A DNA stretch of 64,000 nucleotides, taken from Vicugna vicugna. Taxonomy: Eukaryota. The notes beneath the pieces were generated by a model, which was not told where the DNA came from, ran no database searches, and saw only the letters and a list, made by a program, of their open reading frames with translations. Of this stretch, positions 1 through 13,989 are shown piece by piece. The stretch's first letter is position 1; every line of letters begins with the position of its first letter. Made by a program: the position numbers and the translations under genes. The stretch spans positions 186,001 through 250,000 of the forward strand of contig MU057398.1 of the NCBI GenBank assembly GCA_013265495.1. Direction: 5' to 3'.

Positions 1-3000
1 CGCTTTGTGGGGCTCGAGGCTCTCCTTGAAGCCCTTGGGGCCATGCCCAGGGAGGCTGATGAAGGGAAACAGGCTCACTGGCTTGAGGAGCGTGGGGAGG
101 AGGGCCTCGGGGGGGCGCGCCATGGGTCTCACAGCACCCATCTCTGGAGGGCTCCTACATGTGTGTGCATGGCGGGGCCCCAGTGCGAGGAGGTGGGGGG
201 AGGCCGGGCTGAGTTATCCGCAGCCCCTACCCCAACCACCACCCACCTCAGATTCCTCCCCCAGGCTCCCTGTGCCACCCGCGCTCAGTCAACCAGCCAG
301 CCACCTCGAGACCCCCATCGCCCCCCTGCTGGGTCAGGAGCTCCGTGGCTGAGGCCTGAAAGCCCAGGGCCTGGAGTCGCCTGAGCTGGGCTCCAAGTCT
401 CAGGCTGAGTGACTCAGGGAAAGTTGGTTCTTCTCTCTAGGCAGCCCTTTTCTCTTCCATAAAATATAGATAACCAATTGTGTGGAAATAAGGAGCCTTC
501 CTCCAGAGCGCCCCTTCACGGCCCCTCCCTGGCTCCTTCCAGCTCTGTGGCGGTCTCTTGCCGCCTCCTGTGTGCTGGGTGTCAAGCCACCACTACCCCT
601 GTCCTCTCCCACCCAGCTCTGGCCACTGAGTCCAGTGCCAGCTCTCCAAGGGCAAGCAGGGGCTGTGCTGGAAGGCCCGCTAGTCTGCACAGCGCCTGCG
701 CCCAGCCAGGAGCCAGGGAGAACCAGCCAGACCTTGTCCTCTGCTCTGTCACGGGGCCCTGGTATAGGGCCGCCAAGCCCTCCGCCTCCTTCCCCCTCAG
801 ACTGAGCTGGCACTGGAGCCCGCCCTTCCCAGCGCCCCTTCCTCAGCTTCTGCAGGGGCCCCGGATGCAGTGATGCAGCAACAGCAGGCACAGCTGCTTT
901 GAGCTGGTTCACCTCCTCTAGAGCCTCCATCCCCCCAGGGAGGGTCCCATGAGCCTCTGGGGGCCCTAGTACCTAGTCTTGCCGTGGCTGGCCTTCCCAG
1001 CACCTATCCACCCTCTCCCATGCTGGAGGGGCCAGAGGCCCGGCGGAGGTTCCTGGCGGAGGCCCACAGCCCTCCCCAGTCACACCAGGCTGGAAGAGAC
1101 CTGTTTGCACCCGTGTCTCCCCACACCCTCCCCTGAGCCTGGCCAGACCACCCCACCCCACCCCTACCTGCCCAGGTGGACAGTGGCTCCCAGAACCTTC
1201 CAAGGCTCCCACTTGGCGTTCCAGGCCTGACTCATTCCCGCTGTGAGGCAGCGGCTTTGGCAGGGGTGCCGGCAAGGGGGCACAGTCTCCTCCCTCTCCT
1301 GCTCCATCTCACCCTCCTGCCTTTGTCCTCCCCTTCCTGTTCTCCCTGCTGCTCTTCCTCCTCCCAGCCCTGGGTGTCCAGTGGCACCTGGGCAAGGGGC
1401 GTGCGCAGCAGCAGCGAGCTTGGGAGGCCTAGGCCCGCCCTGCTTTGCCTTGGGGTTTGCAAACTCGTGGGAAGAAGGAGGTACCCGCAGTCCAGGTAGG
1501 CAAGCCTTCTCCCCAGTCTGTGCCATGGCCCTCTGGGGGCTCCCCAGGGTCCTGCCCAAGGTCCAGCTGGGGCTGGCAGGACCTGGTGTGTGATCATAGG
1601 GTCTTAACACTGGAAGGAGCCAGGGAAGCTGGGTGCTCCCCCAGCCTGAGGGCTCCCCACTTGGCTTTGTCACCTGGGGCAGGCAGGCGGCTTTTCTGAG
1701 CCTGTCCCTGGGAGCTCTGGGGCTGACTCCACAGCCAAGACGGCTGAATCACATCCTGGGCTCCCCAGGCTCAGCCTGCCAAGCACACAGAAGCCCCGGT
1801 GACCAGAAAGGCTGCTCTGGTCCCTCACGCTGGCAGCTGCAGCTCCGTCCTCAGGTGGGTGGGAGCTAGGACAGGCCACGTGACCGGCTTAGGGGTGCCT
1901 AAGCGAGGCAAGAAGGGGCAGCGAGGGGGGATCAATGGGAACCCGAGGCACAGAGCTGTGGTGCCCAGGTCTGGAGGTGGCAACAGGCCCCCAGCCTGCT
2001 GGTGGAAGGACCCCAGAGTAGCAGCCCCCACCCTCAGCCTCTATGCGGGGGCTCCAGATGGCAGCCAGCCCAGTCCCAAGTCAGTGGGGCCTGCCCAGGA
2101 AAGCAGCAGTCCAGGCCAAGCTGCTCAGAAGGTGCTCCTCTAGGGGGACAGAGCCTCCACCCCTAACCAGGGCATCCTTCCACCTTCGCAGCCAGCCCCA
2201 CCGAAGCCCCCAACAGCCCCTCCCCTGGCCAAGATGGGCTCAGAGTGAGGACTTCCCAGAGGTGGGGCCAGTTCAGGTCTGCACCCAGGGTGACCCCAGA
2301 CACCTCGTGCCTGGGAGAAGAGCAGGACAGGCACTCTGATTCCTTCTTAATGCATGGGAAAACGAGGCTGGGCTTTCCTAGGAAATCTGGGGAGGTGGGG
2401 ATGGTGGGAGAGGCAGGAGCCTCTGGATGAGGGGCAGCCTCTGCCAGAGGAGGAAGGAGGCAAACTGATGTGGGCACTGAGGACAGGTTCGGGCAGGGCA
2501 GCTTTCCCCCCACCCCAACCCCGCTGCCCGGCCTGGGGGGCCTCCAGACAAGCCTGACCCTGCCTGCCACCCTGGCAGCAGCCTGCTCCCCTCCGGTGGC
2601 CTCTCCAGGGGGCCAGGCCGTGGGCAGGAGGAAGGGCGGAAGCAGATGTGGAAGCCCTGGGGCTCCACTGCCTAAGCCAGGGAAAGGCTTGTGGGCCATG
2701 GGAGGAAGCCAAGGCCTCAGCGAGCAGCGGGGAGGGCAGGCGGGCGGGCGGCTGCGCCCCCTCCATCTCTGCAATCTCACCCGCAGCCTGGGAGGACGCT
2801 CCTCTCCTCCACTTTACCTCCAGGGCTGGCCCAGCTCTCCACCCAGCGTGCCCAGCCCTGTGCCTTGGCCCCTCGACTTTCTTAGAAAAATGTAGGTGCG
2901 CTGCAAGGGGGACTCAGGCAGGAAAGGAAGTGACTTGTGGTCACCTAACTCCACCCTGAGTGTACCCACGTTGCCCTGAGCATGTGGACTTGGCCCGGAC

Positions 3001-3125
3001 CTCAGTGGTATCTTTAAAACTGAATTATTCAAAGCATGTGGGGGGTAAATGGTTGAGCTTCCCTCTCTGCCTCCTCCATTGGCCTCATCGACCCCCGAGG
3101 CAGGCTGCCAGCTGACTTGGTGGCT

Positions 3126-3133
<8 letters not shown>

Positions 3134-3165
<32 letters not shown>
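3134..3165. repeat. (TG)16 microsatellite in BGN intron upstream of the first coding exon
   Basis: Directly visible pure TG run with degenerate flanks to about 3202. Confidence 0.95.
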
Positions 3166-3168
<3 letters not shown>

Positions 3169-3511
3169 CTGTGTGGGTGGGTGTATGTTTCTGTGTGTGT
3201 GTTTCGGGGTTGCGGACTCATTAACTGGGAAGACACTGCATTGCCCACTGGGGCCAAGTCCTGCCTGGGAATGGAAGGGAGTGGAGAAAGCCAGCAGCAC
3301 CCCCATCCTGCCTCGGGGCTTCCACCTGCACCTCCATCCCTGTCGCTCCCACCCCAGGGTCTGGCTGCCCCCCTCCCCGTGAGGAACGAGGGGCACGAGG
3401 CCCACACATGCAGAACCCCAGCCCCTGGGGCTGGGTGGGTAGATGGGAAAGGGCCCAGAGGCCCGGCCCTCCTGACAGCCCCTCTGCACTGGCCTCACAG
3501 GCATGCCCACC

Positions 3512-3752
3512 ATGTGGCCCCTGTGGCTCCTCGCGTCCCTGCTGGCCCTGAGCCAGGCCCTGCCCTTTGAGCAAAAAGGCTTCTGGGACTTCACCCTGGA
3601 TGACGGGCTGCCCATGCTGAACGATGAGGAGGCTTCGGGCGCGGAAACGACCTCAGGCATCCCGGACCTGGACTCTCTTCCACCCACCTACAGTGCCATG
3701 TGCCCTTTCGGCTGCCACTGCCACCTGCGGGTCGTTCAGTGCTCCGACCTGG
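3512..3752 (+). CDS. BGN: Biglycan coding exon 1 (signal peptide, propeptide, two Ser-Gly GAG attachment sites, N-terminal Cys cluster)
   Basis: Translates [49 protein letters not shown]...[17 protein letters not shown]. Acceptor cacag at 3496-3500, donor gtcagt at 3753. Cx3CxCx6C spacing of class I SLRPs. Confidence 0.97.
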
Positions 3753-4007
3753 GTCAGTCCTGGGGGATGGGCACGGAAGGCTGAGGGTGGGTGTGGAGTG
3801 ATCCCGAGCTGGCTGAGGGACCCTGATTTCAGTGGGAGGGTGTCCATTTGTCTGGTTGCAAGCAAGCAGGGAGCAAGAAGCACCTCCTGCTGCCGGCTCC
3901 AGAGCTGGCGCCCATCAGTGGCCAAGTCCTCGGGCGTGGATCTGTGTGTGAGTGTGTCTCTGTGCCCCGCACCACTCTGGGGCCATGGCCGTAGCTCACA
4001 CTGGTGA

Positions 4008-4265
<258 letters not shown>

Positions 4266-4501
4266 TGAGAAGTCTGAAGGCGGCTGAAGCATGAGCACCC
4301 AGGGTCACTGTCACGTGTGTGGGTGTCAGAGACCATAAGCGCAGTGCAGAATCATTCAGCCTAACTCCCTCTTTGGCTGAAAACTTTTCATCTTATTGGT
4401 TCCTCCCAGTAACACGGGAAGAAAAGATTTCACCATGCAAGAAAAGATTTCAAGGTGCAAGTGGGAAAACAGAGGTGCAGAGAAGTGATGGGATGGACTA
4501 G

Positions 4502-4876
<375 letters not shown>

Positions 4877-5374
4877 TGAGGCCCTGCCCCCGGTGGTCCT
4901 CACCTGCGCTTAAGTGTGGGGCTCTACCAGCCAGAGCCGCTGGGTGCTGGGTTGTCTGCAACAGCCATGGACAAGCTGGATGGGCCTCCTGGGACTTTCC
5001 AGAGGCTGGGCTGGTCTGAGAACTTTCCAAGAGCTGCCAAGGCCAGGTGAAGAGAAACCAAGGGCCTGTAAAGAAAGGGAAAGGAAAAGGCCAGTGCAGC
5101 CAAGCAGCCAGAGGGGCTGGACGGGGCAGGGGAGGTCTTGCCTTGATTTCTGGCTCCTCTCCCTTTCTCTCTGCTGCCTGCCCCCTGAGGCCGATGCTAA
5201 GGGTCTTGAACCATGAGGAGTCCAGTAAATTAGTGACACTGCCTTCAGGGGAAGATGGAGTGGGTGATGAGCAGGGCCCATCAGGCCAGCCCAAGCCAGG
5301 AAGCTGACGGGCCCTCGGGTGTGTGGGCAGATGCCCAGCCTCAGCTCCAGGACTGAGAGGGGTCTCTTTCCTAG

Positions 5375-5485
5375 AGATGGGTGGGAACCCCCTGGAGAAC
5401 AGTGGCTTTGAACCTGGAGCCTTCGATGGCCTGAAGCTCAACTACCTGCGCATCTCCGAGGCCAAGCTCACCGGCATCCCTAAAG
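5375..5485 (+). CDS. BGN: Biglycan coding exon 4 (LRRs)
   Basis: tcctag|AGATG...AAAG|gtatga, 111 bp; [37 protein letters not shown]. Confidence 0.97.
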
Positions 5486-5520
5486 GTATGAAGGTGGCCC
5501 TTGCTTCCCACACTACCTGA

Positions 5521-6127
<607 letters not shown>

Positions 6128-6746
6128 TAAGACAAGGGGAGGGGAGCAGCCTATGTCCTCAGGGTGGTTCCACAGCCCATGTCCCTCCTTGCTCTGGCCC
6201 AGCACGTGCAGGGTTAAGGTCCAGGCTGGAATTGAACCTCGCTGTGCAGCTAGCCAGATGCGTGGTCTGGCCAGTTACTCCTGCTCTCTCAGCCTCTGCC
6301 TCCTCACCTGGAAAGGAGCGGTCACAAGGATCCCTCCCTCAGTGCCGAAGATCTGTGCTGAGGAAGAAGAGAGGGAGGGCAGGGCACAGAGAGAGAGAGG
6401 CAGTGAGGGCTGAGCAGGAGTTGGCCTTGTAGATATTGGATCTCTCAGGTGGGGTGCGACACCATGAAGGTGTGTGGCAGGGCCTGAGAGCTCAGGGGAC
6501 AGTCTGGGCCTGAGGGTACAGAGATCTGTGGCAAGAGAGAGACAGCCTAGGGCAGAAAGTGGGCTGATGAGGGGCTGTCAGTCACACAGGTGAACTCGGC
6601 CTTACTCACCCTTGCTCTGGGCCTCAGTCTCTTCCTCAGACGCATTCTCACATGCCAGGAGCCCGGCTATTCTCCCGAGTCCACTCGAGAGCCCTGTATG
6701 GGGACAGCCCAACTGCAGCGGCAGCGCCACCCTTGCCGGGCTGAGC

Positions 6747-6815
6747 GCGCCCTCTAGCGGCTGCGTGCTCTCCGCCTCTAGAGGGCGCTGCTGCAGTCTG
6801 AGCGCCTTCTGGCAG
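6747..6815. promoter_or_regulatory. Cluster of CTCF-like motifs in the last BGN intron
   Basis: GCGCCCTCTAGCGGC (6747-6761, minus-oriented core) and GCCTCTAGAGGGCGC (6774-6788, plus-oriented) match the CTCF core CC(A/G)C(C/T)AG(A/G)(G/T)GGC(A/G)C closely. A weaker third motif lies at 6801-6815. The patch is locally CpG-rich. Confidence 0.65.
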
Positions 6816-7430
6816 ACTACGGGTTACTTACCCGCCCACCTGTCCCATCTGCTTCTCCCACAGAGCCAGACTTCAGGGAGCTGGGGCGGGGCGGGGCGGG
6901 GCTGGGGTGGGTGGCCCTGCTGGAGGACAAGTGCCCCTGAGGACTGGGAGGAAGAGGAGGCTCTGTCTCCACTTAGGCTTCTGGGGTCTCTGGAGTAAGA
7001 GGCTGCTTCCCTGGGGGGCGGGCCCAGAGCCCAGAGAACCCAGATGGAGAGCCAGGGACTTTATGTGAGCCCAAGGTGCCAACTTTTCTGCATCGACACC
7101 CACCACACACCCACCCCCACCAGAGGTCCTCATCCTGGCCCCTGGTCACACATCTGTGCCTTAATGCTGGCCAACACCCACTCCCACCCTGAAAACCATA
7201 CCCAAGCCTCGGTTTGCTCCTCCTGACAATGGAAGAATCACCTGCAGTCCCTCAAAGGGCCGTGCGGATGCCAGGCAATGAAATGACACCACCAAAGCAG
7301 TTGTGTGGGACTCAGCCAAGAGGGAAGGCACAAGCCTCTGCGTTCTGCCCTCCGCTCTGCCTGCCCAGGCAGAACAGACTAAGGGAGGGTGGTCGTGGGG
7401 AGGCAACTGGGCCACTGACATTGAACCTGA

Positions 7431-7649
<219 letters not shown>

Positions 7650-8216
7650 AGGTGGCGGCAGCTGCCAAGGTGGCCTGGGCAGGGTCTCTGGGGAGCACAG
7701 AAGATGTCCTGAAGTGGGAGACAGAGCAAGGGAGCAAAGCCAGTGCCCAGCCACGCCCAACCTAACCCCACCCTTGATGCCCAACCCCCACTCACTGCCC
7801 CCTGATGCCTTCACCCTGGCTCCCAAGTGGGCAGTGGGGCATGAGGCCTGACCCCCATCACTGCTCCTTGGCTTCAGAGCTGCCCCTGCCCCTCCATCAT
7901 AGCCACTCAGAGCCCCACCCCCTCCACCAAGCTTTCTTCCCATTCACTCCAAAACCAAATTGTCTGAGGCTCCAGTCCAAGGAAAATGGTCCCCGGATCT
8001 GGCGGGCAGGAGGGAGGTAGGGGAGATGGAGATAGCGGATCCCCCTGAGCCCACCCCACCTGCCTGGCACAATCCCTCCTTCTCGTGTACTTCCAGCTTC
8101 CAACCCTCCTTGGCCTGGCCTGCTACCCAAGTCCTCCCTGTCCCCTGCCATCCTTCTGCAAGTTCAAGGCCCATCCATCCGATCCTCCTTGTTCTACTAG
8201 TCCCTGGACCAGTCCA

Positions 8217-8220
<4 letters not shown>

Positions 8221-8262
<42 letters not shown>
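8221..8262. repeat. (CT)21 microsatellite in BGN 3' UTR
   Basis: Directly visible pure CT run. Confidence 0.95.
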
Positions 8263-8268
<6 letters not shown>

Positions 8269-8658
8269 TTGTCTGTCTCTCCCTCATCCTCCCTCTCCTC
8301 TCTCACATACTTGGGCTGGATCTGGACCCATTCTCACTGGGCCTTTGCCCAGCCCCTACCCAGGTAAGCTGCCCCCTCAAGCCTGGATGATCCTCGAAGA
8401 TGTTGGCAGGTGGAGGCACTGCACCCCCCCATATGCGCCACAGTCAGGAGGGGAGCGCTGGACTCAGACCCTGGGAGTCTGCCCCTTGGGAGGGACCCAG
8501 CATCCCGCCGGAGTCTCCAGTATGCTTTTCATTGTCCCCCCCCCCATGATGGCTAAGTCTCCCCTCCCCTTGCCTTCCAGCCCCCAGTGTGGTGGGGGTT
8601 TCGAGCAATCACACCCAGCTTGAGGAGGGGCTGCTTCTGAGGTCGGTTGTGTCTTTCA

Positions 8659-8664
8659 ATTAAA
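8659..8664 (+). terminator. BGN: BGN polyadenylation signal (ATTAAA variant)
   Basis: ATTAAA about 1 kb after the stop codon, followed by a GT-rich stretch (ctctgtgtg). No AATAAA seen earlier in the 3' UTR. Confidence 0.75.
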
Positions 8665-11644
8665 GAAACACTGTGCAATACGGCTCTGTGTGCCACCATT
8701 CTCGGGGTGGCCTGGGGACCCAGAAGAAAAGACAGCCACCGGGGCCACCGCAGCAGGCTCCCAGATTCTGCCTCTCCATGCCCACTCTGAGCCTTGGGCT
8801 GCCTATTTGCTGCCTTCCCTGCCTTAAAATGAGGGTCCTCAGCACCCCCGGGTTTGGGACTGGGTAAGGAGGCCCCGGGCAGCCAGGCAGAAGGCCTTAG
8901 GCTGAGCCCTTCCCCCCTCTTCTAGGCACTTCTGTTGCCCCCACTAGCCTTAGACTGGGCTCCTGGAGCCGGCCCAGCCAAGGTAGCACCTGCCATCCCA
9001 GAAAGGAGCATTTGCCGAGCACCTGCCCGCTGCAGAGGACCAGGCTAGTGCCTCTCCACAGAAAGAGGAGCCCATGAAGTGTAGGGGTCAGGGCCTGCCT
9101 GTCTTGATGGGGTTTGGGGGCTCAGAACAATCTCCGCTGTGGTCAGAGCTGTGTGCTACACCCATGTCAGCACCAGGGGGTGCACCCCCAGGAGGGACAG
9201 GTCTCCAGGGGACAGGGCAGAGTGCTGTGCACAACCACCCAGGCTGGCTTGGCCTGGTCTTCCAGCCCAGGGTCCCCCTAGTGGGTCACACTGTCAGGCC
9301 AGCAGAGTCAGGCCCAGGTGACAGCATGCAGGTACTGGCTCCGAAGAGAGAATGCAGGGCACAGCTTGTGAAGCTGGCTCACTGGGGACACAGGTCGGCC
9401 CTGGAAACAGCAGAGTTAGGGGTCAGTCCCCAGAGTGAAGCCCCTTCAGATGGCAAGCCCAGAGGGCTGAGCAGATGACAGGCTATGGCCTGGCTGCTTT
9501 TCCTTCGTCCCACACAAGGGGCCTCTGTCTCGGGGGGTGGGAGCCAGGGCTTCCCTGGGTGGCGTGGGCCACCCACGAAAACCGAGCAGGCGGGCTCCCC
9601 GCTCCGGGAGTGTCAGCCCAGGAGAGAAGGAGCCAGAGGCGCTGTGCGCACAGAGCCATGCACCCTTCTGCCTGGCCTGGCACCGGGGCACCCGGAATCC
9701 CCGGGTTTCTCCTTTTGGGGATGGGAGGCACCGCTCAGGGTGGCGGCCCAGGGATAGAATGTCACCCATCGGCATCATAGCACTATTCTGGGCCATGTGC
9801 TCCACGGCCTGACAATCTCTGCTGAGCTGGGCAGGCTCAGGGCAAGGGCACTGGAGGGGAGCCAGGAGCCAGGGCCTCAGTCAAGTCGCCTTGCTGGTGG
9901 GAGGAGGGGCAGCCAGCACAAGGGCCTGGCGGAGACAGAAAAGTGGGGCCCTCGGGCCGTTTCTCTGCGGGCAGGTCTGGGGCCCCATGTTGTGTGGGTT
10001 CCCAGTCTTTCTGTCCTTCTTTTCCCCCCTGTCTCCCTGCCACTTGGGGACACAGGTGTCATGACAAGCTTGTGGGACAAGCGTCATAGTGGTGGTAGGC
10101 ACAGAGGAGAGCCCCTGGCTGGGCCTCAGGGAAGGCATCCTGGGGGCCTGGTGGGTCACACCACACAAGCAGGGACAGTGCCCTGCAGGCAGGCCCCACA
10201 CTCAGCATAGACCCACGTGTGACTGTGAGGCACCCAGGGGAGCACCTGGGCCCCACAGCAGGAGCCAGGGAGGTGACCAGGGCCACACCCTGTAAGGGTT
10301 TGTGGGTGGTGGCTGGAAGGGAGGGCTTCATACCCAAAGCAGCTGGTCAGCCTCACTCTGCTACCACGTGTGTCGCAAGCTCAGATAAGAATAATGACAA
10401 TACAGAAGTTGAGGCCAATTGGGCTTTGGAAACAAACCTATGGCAATGTCCCTGCCAGCCAATGGCCCCTCACGTCCTCTTCCACGTCCTCAGGCAGCTC
10501 GGGATCCAGCTGTAGTCCCAGGGAGCCCCAGGGTGGCAAAGCTGCAGAGGGCTAGGGTCCTCCCCTGTGAGCTCTGGGCGGCTGGATGGGCAGAGGGGGT
10601 GCAGTCAGAAAGCCTCGGGTAACCATGGGGAAGGGCCAGGTTCCAGCCGATGTTGAGCTGAGTAGGAGCCCCCGGACTTGGGTGCAGGATGGACGTGAGA
10701 GGAAGGGAGTGGCCGGGTGGGGGTGGTGTGGTGCCCCCGGGGTCTGAGGGATGCTGCTGTGGGCCAGGAGCACCCTAAAATCTGTGGGCTCGCGGGGACA
10801 GCTCAGAGGAGGAGTTTGATCCAGAGGGAGAGCTGGGACAGCCACACGCATGCGCGCACACACACACTTGCACGGGCATACACAGGGTGAGGACAGCCAT
10901 GGGAGTGGCTCCCTGGGGGCGGGCTGTCCCGTTAAAGGAGAGGCCATGGGGCTGGGGTAGGGGACATTTCCAAGGACTTATTGCAGGTCAGGTGCCTGCT
11001 GGATGTGGCAGGGCCCAGCTGGAGCCTAAGCTGAATCCACTGCTTGGGTTTAGACGCGTCAGGGCTTGTCGGAGGGGCAGCCAGCCAGGTGTCCGCAGGC
11101 CGTGGCTGAGGATGGGGGCAGGGCACCTAAAGGGACAAGCCCTCCTTGAAGGGCCTGAGGGGTGGAGGGGCAGCTCTGAGATCTTCAAGGGGAGGGAAGT
11201 GGTTCATCCATCACTGGGCCCGCCCTTGTGAGCTCCGGACTCCAGGCTCCAGTCTCAGGAGGGCAGGGGCTGCAGGAAGGGGCAAAAGCCGGCTCCACTC
11301 TGGACACATGGAGCAGGGGACCATCATGTGGGGTGGCGCAGAGCCGCTGTGGCCCTGTAGAGCCCAGGGCCACTCCAGCACTGGAGGGCAGCCCGTGGGC
11401 TGCCAGGGCAGGGGAGAGGGTGCCTGGGGGGTGAGCCTACCCTGGAGGCTGAAGCCTTGCTGGCAAAGAGAGTTGTGCTAAAAGGGCCACCTCCCCAGAG
11501 GCAGCCCGGAGCTGTTCCTGTGCATGGGAGAGGCCACCCTGGCTTTGGAGAACCTCTGGAGTGGGGGCTATTGAGGCTGAGCACGTGGGAGGCCAAGAGG
11601 GGAAGGGCAGGGCTCTTCAGGGCCAGGTCAGGGCTGCTAGAAAT

Positions 11645-12076
11645 TTCCTGGGGTTGCCCTAACAAAGGACCACAAGCAGGTGGCTTCAAATGGAGATTGA
11701 TCCTTTCACTGTTTCTGGAGGCCACAAATTCTCTGCGCTCCCCTCAAAACCTCTAGGGGAGGCTCCCTCTTGGACTCCCCCAGTTTCTGGTGGTTCCAGG
11801 CATTCCTTGGCTCGTGGCTGCATCCCTCCAGCCCCGGCCTCCATCTTCACCAGACCTCCTGCTCTGTCTGCGTGTGTCAGATTTCCTCCTGCCTCCTTCT
11901 TGTAAGGACACTTATCACTACATTTAGGGTCTGCACAGATAACCCAGGCTCATCTCCCCATCTCAAGATCCTGAACTTAATCACATCTGTGAAGTCCCTA
12001 TTTCCACATAAGGTCCCAGTCTAGTTCCGGGGGTTAGGATGGGCGCATCTCTCAGCGTGCATTTCAGCTAACCCCA
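11645..12076. mobile_element. MLT1-type (ERVL-MaLR) solo LTR relic
   Basis: Recognisable MaLR motifs: ttctggaggc, ggcattccttggctcgtggc, gcctccatcttcac, cttaatcacatctg, ataaggtc, ggggttaggat. Family recalled from memory; bounds approximate. Confidence 0.7.
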
Positions 12077-12226
12077 GGCAGCAGGGGAACCCTGGTCTGG
12101 GAGGTCCAGGCACACTGGTGGCCCCCGAAGCCGGGGGTGGTGGCTGTGATCTCAGCCAAGGAGAGAGTGGGCATGAGAGGAAGAGGGGGACCCGGGCCCA
12201 GCCAGAGCACCCCCACTTCAGGGCTG
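12077..12226 (+). repeat. 150-bp dispersed repeat, copy A (inverted relative to 52649-52798)
   Basis: Hand alignment to the reverse complement of 52649-52798 gives 144/150 identity. Confidence 0.95.
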
Positions 12227-13989
12227 GGCTGAGGATTGCTGTCCCCAGAGGAGCTGTGACAGCCACACCAAAAGTGTCAGGAGTGAAACCGGACCAGGGA
12301 GGGGTGGCAGCTGCAGGTCCCACAGAGAGGAGGGGCCTGGGGACAGGTGGTGGCCAAGGACCAGGGAAGGAAAGCATTCGGGGAGTGGGAAGGAGAGTGA
12401 GGGCTGAAGACGGCTGGAGGCAGATGACAAGAGAAGGGAGTCAGTGGGAGAATGGACAGCAGGTCCTGTCCGCAGAACGTGGGTGTGAAGGTTGGAGGGG
12501 CACAGGCCGGAGGGTGGGCCACTTGTTCTTGCTTTATGTCAGGCTGAGAGGTCTCTGAGGCGGTCCTGGGAGGAGATCGTTGACAGGGAGCCACCAACAG
12601 TGCAAGAGTGAAGGGCAGTGACAAAGGCCTGAGGCCGCCGAGGAGGCACCGGTGGCAAGCGCACAGCGGGGGCCGGGTATAGGACCAGAGAAAAGGGATG
12701 GGGGCGGATACAGGGAACAGGGAGGCCATGGGCCTCCCTGGAGCTGCTCCCCAAGCATTTCCAGTGCAGAGGACAGGGCTTGGCACAACGAAGAACTTTG
12801 AAGGGGAAGACTTCCCACCCACATCTGTACATATGAAGAAGCCAAGAAGGTCACTGGTGACACTGGCAGAGTTTGCCTGGCACCCAGGCTCCCTCACTCC
12901 TGGGCTTGAGCCCGCCCTCCCTCTTGGCCTCAGGACCCCAAGCCAGGGACCAACTGACTCAGAGTACAAAAAGGAGGCCATGCCCTGCCCTGGCCCATGA
13001 GCTGCCCGGGGAGTGACAAGTTGTAAAGACTGGAGGACCTTCATGACACCTTGAAGGACTGTGGCTTTGTCTGCTTTTGCAGAAGCAACACCCCCAGGTC
13101 AGGGGAAGAGGTGAGAGGTGGCGGGGGGGCAATTCCTATCTCTGACTTCCCCCCCCTCCACCTTCTTCTTCCCTGTGGTGTTTGAAGACACCCTCAGCAA
13201 GAGGGAGGCTGTGCCGGGCGCAGGGAGAGGGGCCCAGGGCATCGCCCAGCCAAGGCAGCCAACCCTGAGCTCTGCGACGGGGTGAGCTTCACATGCTTCT
13301 GCCAGGGCCCCGTGCGGACAGCCGCCATCAGTAAAATGAATACCCCTCCCTGGGAGCGATCAATATGTCCCCTGGTCCCTGAGGGAAGACAGTGACACAG
13401 TCTAAAGTGAGTCTTCTGTTCTTCAGCCTCTCTCCCAAGCCTGCACAGGTGGGCACCCCCCCTCCCCTCCCCAGTCCTCCCCTTCCCTCTCAGCCCCCAT
13501 TTCTTCCGACCTCTGTCCTCCCAGAGCTGCCAACATGTCTGCTAAGAGGCTGGCCAGGAACTGAGGTGTTCACTCTCAGCCAGAACATACTCCAGCCTCA
13601 GAGAGGCTTCGGAGGGGAGCCAGGGGAGGCCAGATCAGCAGCCTGCCCCGACCTCCTCTGGCTGTGGGGCCAGGGACCTCTGGCCCAGGGACTGAAGGAC
13701 AGAAGGAGGAGCCACCAGGCCAGACGCCCCGGGATCCTGCCCTCATCGTGGGAGGCCAAGAAGGGAGCAGCCTGAGCCTGGGGAGAAGGGCCCTCAGGAA
13801 GTTCTCCCACCGCTCTGGGCTCCTCTTTCTTGTGTGGGTGCCCAGGGGTGGGCGGAGCAAAGGCAAGAACAGCACCACGACACGAGGCCCCACGGGCAGC
13901 ACGGAGCTGGGGGTCCATGGTCAGGAAACTGGGGTCTCCCTTCGGCTATGATCCTCCCTGTCCCGGGCTGCGAGTCAGGTGGGAAGGGG

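Noticed and set aside
1..3500. BGN promoter or non-coding first exon
   Set aside because: No convincing CpG-rich promoter plus donor was found. This is more likely intron 1, with exon 1 upstream of the window. The isolated AP-1 motif TGACTCA at 411-417 is not enough to call an enhancer.
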